DNA from: Thermoplasmata archaeon
GTDB lineage: Archaea; Thermoplasmatota; Thermoplasmata; Lutacidiplasmatales; UBA184
Length of the DNA: 51,234 nucleotides
Assembly (NCBI GenBank): GCA_021812305.1
Contig: JAKAOB010000001.1
Location: 1-51,234, forward strand
Reading direction: 5' to 3'
Part shown: in pieces, positions 45,041 to 51,234 of the stretch
Layout: the number at the start of each line of letters is the position of its first letter
Numbering within the stretch: position 1 is the stretch's first letter
Program-made: the position numbers and the translations under genes
The notes under the pieces: generated by a model
What the model was told of the DNA's origin: nothing
Databases searched by the model: none
Seen by the model: the letters and a program-made list of their open reading frames with translations, nothing else

Positions 45041-46711
45041 ATGGACGAGCGGGACCCCCGGCTCCACGGCCCTCCGGTACGCCCGGACGGCGTCCCGGGG
45101 ACGCTGAACCCGGTCCCGGGCGAGCCGCTCGGCCGACTGGCGGCGGAAGGGAGCGCCGTCCGCCCGCCCAGCGCTCCGGCCGAGGAGCCGGCCAAGCCCG
45201 CGCCCCCGGTCGACAAGCCGGACCGGCCGGATCGGAGCGAGCGCCCTCCGGAGCGCGCGGCGGACAAGCCCGCCGAGAAGGCGGCGGAGAAGGCCGGGGA
45301 CAAGCCCGGGGAGAAGGTGGAGTCCCCGGACGCCGAGGCCCCGCCCCCGGTGCCGGTCCCGATCGCCCGGCTCATCCCGAAGCTCAAGAAGAGCGCGAAG
45401 CTGTTCGAGGAGGGCAAGCGCCACATCCCGAACTCCTCGAGCTCGCTCATCCGGGTCGCGAGCTACGACCCGTGCCCGCCGTTCATCGCCCGGGGAAAGG
45501 GGCCGCGGATCTGGGACGAGGACGGCAACGAGTACCTGGACTTCAACCTGGCCTACGGCTGCCTCATCAACGGCCATGCCCATCCCGAGATGGTCAAGGC
45601 GCTGAGCGCCCAGGCGGAGCTCGGGTTCCATTTCGCGAGTCCCACCGAGCTCGAGATCGACGTCGCCAAGCAGTTCCAGAAGCTGGTGCCGAGCGCCGAG
45701 CGCGTCGCGTTCTGCTCGAACGGGTCCGACGCGACGATGAACGCGATCCGGATCGCACGGGCGGTCACCGGCAAGGACGGGATCCTCAAGTTCGAGGGCC
45801 ACTACCACGGGCAGCACGACTACGCGCTCATCAGCGCGGAGGCGCCGCCGATCGTCGCCGGCCTGGACGAGTACCCCCGTCCCCTCCCGAACTCCGCGGG
45901 GATCCCCCCGGGGGTGACGGACTACGTGATGGTCGCCCCGTACAACTCCATCCCCGCGTTCGAGCGGATGGTCAAGCGCTACCGCGACCGCCTCGCGGCC
46001 GTCATCCTGGAGCCGGTGATGGCCAACGCCGGGGTCATCGCCCCGGCCCCGGACTATCTCAAGCGCCTGCGGGAGATCACCCGCGAGAACGACCTCCTGC
46101 TGATCTTCGACGAGGTGTTCACCGGCTTTAGGGTCGCTCCGGGCGGCGCGCAGCAGCTCTACAAGGTCGAGCCGGACCTCTCCTGCTGGGCGAAGGCGCT
46201 CGGGGGCGGGGTGCCGATCTCGGCCGTGTCGGGCAAGGCCGAGTTCATGGACCTCATCGCCCCGGGCCGCATCTCGTTCGGCGGGACCTATTTTGCCAAC
46301 AACCTGTCGCTCGCCGCGTCCCTCGCGAACCTCAAGATCCTCGCGCGCGGCGGCGAGGAGCTCTACGACCGGTTCGGCCGCATGACCCAGCATCTGGAGA
46401 AGGGGATCGAGCAGGCCGCGCGGGATGCGAAGATCAACGTGCTCGTCCAGTCGGTCAACGGCATGCTGCAGTTCTTCTTCACCCGGCGCAAGAAGATCGC
46501 GAACTACCGGGAGTCGCTCCAGATCGACTGGAACCTCTACCTGCGCCACCACCAGCTGCTGCTCGACCACGGGGTGTACATCCACCCGGACAACTACGAG
46601 CGGATCACCTTCTCGACGGCCCACACCGAGAAGGACGTCGACCGTTTCCTGGAGGTCCTCGCCCAGACCTTCGCCGAGCTCAAGACCCTCCCCCGCGACT
46701 ACCTCCCCTAG
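45041..46711 (+). CDS. Class III PLP aminotransferase (glutamate-1-semialdehyde aminomutase-like) with long N-terminal extension
   Basis: DEDGNEYLDF, FEGHYHG, VILEP..AN.G, LIFDEVFTGFR, WAKALGGG.P, GGTY..N. Confidence 0.88.
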   Translation: MDERDPRLHGPPVRPDGVPGTLNPVPGEPLGRLAAEGSAVRPPSAPAEEPAKPAPPVDKPDRPDRSERPPERAADKPAEKAAEKAGDKPGEKVESPDAEAPPPVPVPIARLIPKLKKSAKLFEEGKRHIPNSSSSLIRVASYDPCPPFIARGKGPRIWDEDGNEYLDFNLAYGCLINGHAHPEMVKALSAQAELGFHFASPTELEIDVAKQFQKLVPSAERVAFCSNGSDATMNAIRIARAVTGKDGILKFEGHYHGQHDYALISAEAPPIVAGLDEYPRPLPNSAGIPPGVTDYVMVAPYNSIPAFERMVKRYRDRLAAVILEPVMANAGVIAPAPDYLKRLREITRENDLLLIFDEVFTGFRVAPGGAQQLYKVEPDLSCWAKALGGGVPISAVSGKAEFMDLIAPGRISFGGTYFANNLSLAASLANLKILARGGEELYDRFGRMTQHLEKGIEQAARDAKINVLVQSVNGMLQFFFTRRKKIANYRESLQIDWNLYLRHHQLLLDHGVYIHPDNYERITFSTAHTEKDVDRFLEVLAQTFAELKTLPRDYLP

Positions 46712-46833
46712 CCCGCACCGGTGGGGCCGGCCCCGGTGGCCCCTCTCAGCACGTTTTTGTAGGGCGCGGGGTTCGTTCGGGCGTGCGACATCGGGAGAGG
46801 CCGGGCCCCCCGTTCCGAGGGACGTAGACCCCG

Positions 46834-47853
46834 ATGGGACGGAGCTTCAGCGGCCTCGTCATCTTCGTCCTGAAGCGTCTGGTCCAGCTCATCCCCGTGG
46901 TCTTCGGGGTCGCCACGATCACGTTCATCTTCACGCGGCTCGCCGTCCGCGACCCCTGCGCGATCTGGTACCCGAAGGCGAAGCCGGCGGTCGTCCAGGG
47001 ATGCATCCATACCTTCGGGCTCGACCAGCCGATCCCGACCCAGTTCGTGAACTACCTGGGCCAGCTGCTGCGGGGGGACTGGGGGAACGCCCCGCCCAGC
47101 CTCGGCAGCGCGCCGGTCCTCCCCACGATCCTCTCCCAGTTCCCCGCGACGCTCGAGCTGGTCCTCACGTCGCTCTTCCTGATGGTCGTCATCGGCATCC
47201 CGCTCGGGGTCGTCGCGGCGAACGCCAACGGCCGCATCGCCGACCATCTCGTGCGGATCTTCTACCTGAGCGGCTGGGCCACGCCGACGTACCTCGCCGC
47301 GGTCCTCCTTGCGATCGCGGTCGGACCGGTCCTCGGTCTTCCGGTGTCGAGCGCGACGCCCCCGCCGTACCCCACCCCGACCCATTTCTCGCTGATCGAC
47401 GCCGCCCTCACGCTGAACCCGTCGAACGTCGCGTACGCGGCCGCGCATCTCGCCCTGCCGGCCGTCGCGCTGGCCTTCCTGAACATGGGCATCGCGACCC
47501 GGATGACCCGCAGCTCGATGCTCGAGGTCCTTCCGCTCGACTACGTCAAGACCGCGCGGATGAAGGGGCTCACCCAGGCGTGGGTGCTCTACAAGCACGC
47601 GCTGCGGAACTCGCTCATCACGACCGTCACCGTCCTCGGGATCACGGCGGGTGGGCTGCTGTCGGGGACGGTCGTCATCGAGTCGATCTTCAGCTGGCCG
47701 GGGATCGGCAAGTACGCCTACCAGGCGATCGTCGGCTACAACTTTCCCGGGACGGTCGGCGTGGTCATCGTCTTCGCCGTCGGGGTCGTCGTCGCGAACC
47801 TCATCGCCGACGTGCTGTACGGCATCCTCGACCCGCGGGTGGAGTGGCGGTAG
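46834..47853 (+). CDS. Peptide/nickel ABC permease (DppB/OppB-like)
   Basis: FGLDQP..QF, PATLEL, RMTRSSMLEV..DYVKTAR.KG, ESIFSWPGIG. Confidence 0.93.
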   Translation: MGRSFSGLVIFVLKRLVQLIPVVFGVATITFIFTRLAVRDPCAIWYPKAKPAVVQGCIHTFGLDQPIPTQFVNYLGQLLRGDWGNAPPSLGSAPVLPTILSQFPATLELVLTSLFLMVVIGIPLGVVAANANGRIADHLVRIFYLSGWATPTYLAAVLLAIAVGPVLGLPVSSATPPPYPTPTHFSLIDAALTLNPSNVAYAAAHLALPAVALAFLNMGIATRMTRSSMLEVLPLDYVKTARMKGLTQAWVLYKHALRNSLITTVTVLGITAGGLLSGTVVIESIFSWPGIGKYAYQAIVGYNFPGTVGVVIVFAVGVVVANLIADVLYGILDPRVEWR

Positions 47854-48851
47854 ATGGCGGACGCCAAGCCCGCCGTGCCGCCGGGACCGCCGCGCCGGCG
47901 CATCGGGGCGCTGCGGGTGATCGGCGACCTCATCACGGTCCTTCGGGCGAACCCCCTCACGCTCGCCGGGTTCGTTCTGGTGGCGCTCATCATGGGGACG
48001 GCGGTCCTCGTCGCCGGGGTGCCGTTCGTCAGCGGCCTCTTCACCGGCCACAGCGTCGAGGTCCTTCCGTACGCCCCCAACCAGATCTCGACGGCGGTCA
48101 AGCAGGGCCCATCGCTCGCCCACCCGTTCGGGACGGACAACGTCGGCGAGGACATCTTCAGCCAGGTCCTGTACGCCCTCCCGCTCGACCTCTTCATCGG
48201 CTTCGCCGTCACCGGCTTCGCCCTCCTGGTCGGCGGCCTCCTCGGCCTCGTCGCCGGCTACTGGGACTCCCCCGGCACCGTCGGGGGGTTCAGCTCCGTC
48301 GCGATCCTCCGCGTCACGGACGTCTTCCTCGCCTTCCCGTCGCTCGTCCTCGCGCTCGCGATCACCGCGGCGCTGGGCCGCGGGACCTTCCCGGCGATCC
48401 TCGCGATCATGCTGTCGTGGTGGCCGTACTACGTCCGTCTGACCCGCGGCGAGGTGCTCGCGGTCAAGCACCTGCCCTACGTCACCGCGGCCCGGGGCGC
48501 CGGGGTCTCCGACCTGCGCATCCTGCGCCGCCACATTCTCGCGAACATCCTCGAGCCGCTGACGGTCTACTACACGATGGACGTCGGGACCGTCCTCATC
48601 ACCTTCTCGACGATCAACTACGTCGGGATCGGCGTCCCCCTCACCGTCCCCGAGTGGGGCAACCAGATCGTCCTCTACCAGGACTTCCTGCTCAACCTTC
48701 CGTGGACCGTCGCCGCGCCGGGGCTGGCGATCTTCATCACGGTGCTCGCCTTCAGCCTGCTCGGCGACGGCCTCCGGGACATCCTCGACCCCCGCAGCCG
48801 ACGCGCGCTGACCCGGTCCGCGGGCAGCGCCTCCGCCGGGTCGGAGGAGGC

Positions 48852-48855
<4 letters not shown>
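47854..48855 (+). CDS. Peptide/nickel ABC permease (DppC/OppC-like)
   Basis: HPFGTD..GEDI, R.TDVFLAFP, YV.AAR..G, PEWG, GDGLRD.LDPR. Confidence 0.93.
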
Positions 48856-49987
<1,132 letters not shown>

Positions 49988-49991
<4 letters not shown>

Positions 49992-51067
49992 GCACTCCGC
50001 CCCTCCTCGAGGTCCGTGACCTCGTCAAGCACTTCCCCCTTCCGCGCACGTTCGGCGACGCCCTCGCCGGCCGCCCGCGGCGCGCGGTCCGGGCCGTGGA
50101 CGGGGTCTCGTTCTCGATGGCCGGCGGAGAGACGCTCGGGCTGATCGGGGAGTCCGGTTCGGGCAAGACGACCCTCGGCTGGGTCGTGGGCCACCTGCAT
50201 CCGCCCACCGCCGGGCGGCTCCTGTTCGATGGCGCGGACGCGACGTCCCTCTCCGGTAGCGCGCTCCGCCGGTGGCGGCGGAACGTCCAGACGGTCTTCC
50301 AGGATCCGGTCGGCTCGCTCGACCCGCGGATGCGGGTCTGGCAGATCGTCGGGGAGCCGCTGTCGGCGCAGCGGAACATGGGCCGCGCCGAACTGCGGAA
50401 CCGGGTCGGCGAGCTCCTCCCCCAGGTCGGCCTCCCTCCGGATTGCCTCGACCAGTACCCCCACGAGTTCTCCGGGGGCGGGCGCCAGCGTCTCTCCCTC
50501 GCCCGCGCGTTGAGCGTGGAGCCCCGCCTGATCGTCCTCGACGAGCCGACGAGCGCCCTGGACGTCGCGGTGCAGGCGCAGATCCTCAACCGGCTGGTCG
50601 AACTGCAGCGCGAGCGCGGGATCGCCTACCTCCTCATCACCCACAACGTCTCCGCCGTCCGCTACGTCGCCGACCGGGTGGCGGTCATGTACCTGGGGAA
50701 GGTCGCCGAGCTCGGGAGCGTCCGTCAGGTCCTCGAGGCCCCGGTCCACCCGTACACGAAGGCGCTCCTGGCCGCCCTACCGGTGGCGGATGTCCGGCGC
50801 CGCCGGGCCCGCTACCGCATCACGGGAGAGATCCCGACCCTCGTCGATCCCCCACCGGGGTGCCGCTTCGCGGCCCGGTGCCCGTTCGTGGTCGACCTCT
50901 GCCGTCGCGTCGAGCCCCTGCTCACGGAGCTCGCCGGGGGTGGCGGCCGGCTCGTGGCCTGCCATCGAGCGGCCGAGGTCGCCGACGTCCGTCCCGAGAC
51001 GTTCGTCACCAGCGAGCCGACCGCGGCCCCCTCGCCCCCCACCGGGCCGGGGTCGGTCGTCAGCTGA
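49988..51067 (+). CDS. Peptide ABC ATP-binding protein (DppF/OppF-like)
   Basis: AVDGVSF, GESGSGKT, YPHEFSGGGRQR, HPYT, GCRFAARCP, VACH. Confidence 0.93.
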
Positions 51068-51233
51068 CGTACTGCGTGTTGAACGTGAGCTCGTAGGGCT
51101 CCGCGCTCGCCATCGGATTCTGGACGATACCCTGCAGGGACGGGTTGTACACCGCGAACGCCGTCGGGACCACGAGCCAGGCGTCCGTGTAGTTCTGGTA
51201 CATCATCTGCGTCATCTGGGTGTACTCGCTCGT
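51060..51233 (-). CDS. C-terminal fragment, probably an ABC substrate-binding protein (DppA-like), truncated by the window edge
   Basis: My translation: ...EYTQMTQMMYQNYTDAWLVVPTAFAVYNPSLQGIVQNPM...YVS*, resembling family-5 SBP C-termini; context next to dppBCDF. Confidence 0.55.
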   Translation of the reverse strand, partial: TSEYTQMTQMMYQNYTDAWLVVPTAFAVYNPSLQGIVQNPMASAEPYELTFNTQYVS

Positions 51234-51234
51234 C

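Overview
GC-rich (roughly 70%+) archaeal chromosome segment, most likely a Thermoplasmata member. This is inferred from rpl40e, Rpo6/rpoK, geranylgeranyl reductase, an unlinked 5S rRNA with its own TATA box, a split transketolase plus transaldolase, and DUF3198/DUF357-type genes. It holds about 50 tightly packed, mostly housekeeping or metabolic CDS, many leaderless or coupled by 4-nt stop/start overlaps. RNA genes are a 5S rRNA and a tRNA-Gly(GCC). No transposase, integrase or CRISPR array was seen. The best hidden feature is an unannotated two-hairpin box H/ACA guide RNA (about 20752-20882) inside a MoxR/DUF58 gene cluster. Both of its pockets obey the 14-nt rule and are complementary to archaeal 23S rRNA around E. 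coli-equivalent U2586 and U1915, and its second hairpin has an unusual multi-branched top. Other leads: a 47-aa peptide with 13 Cys downstream of tRNA-Gly (metallothionein-like or orphan azole-RiPP-like); a mevalonate decarboxylase with altered diphosphate-binding residues inside a paa locus; probable CTG starts at CTGA overlaps; a DUF357-translin-MTAP operon; a ferredoxin-GGR operon with two unknown coupled genes; and a sharply AT-rich patch ahead of an aminotransferase with a long disordered N-terminus. All family assignments come from motif recognition only; no database searches were run.
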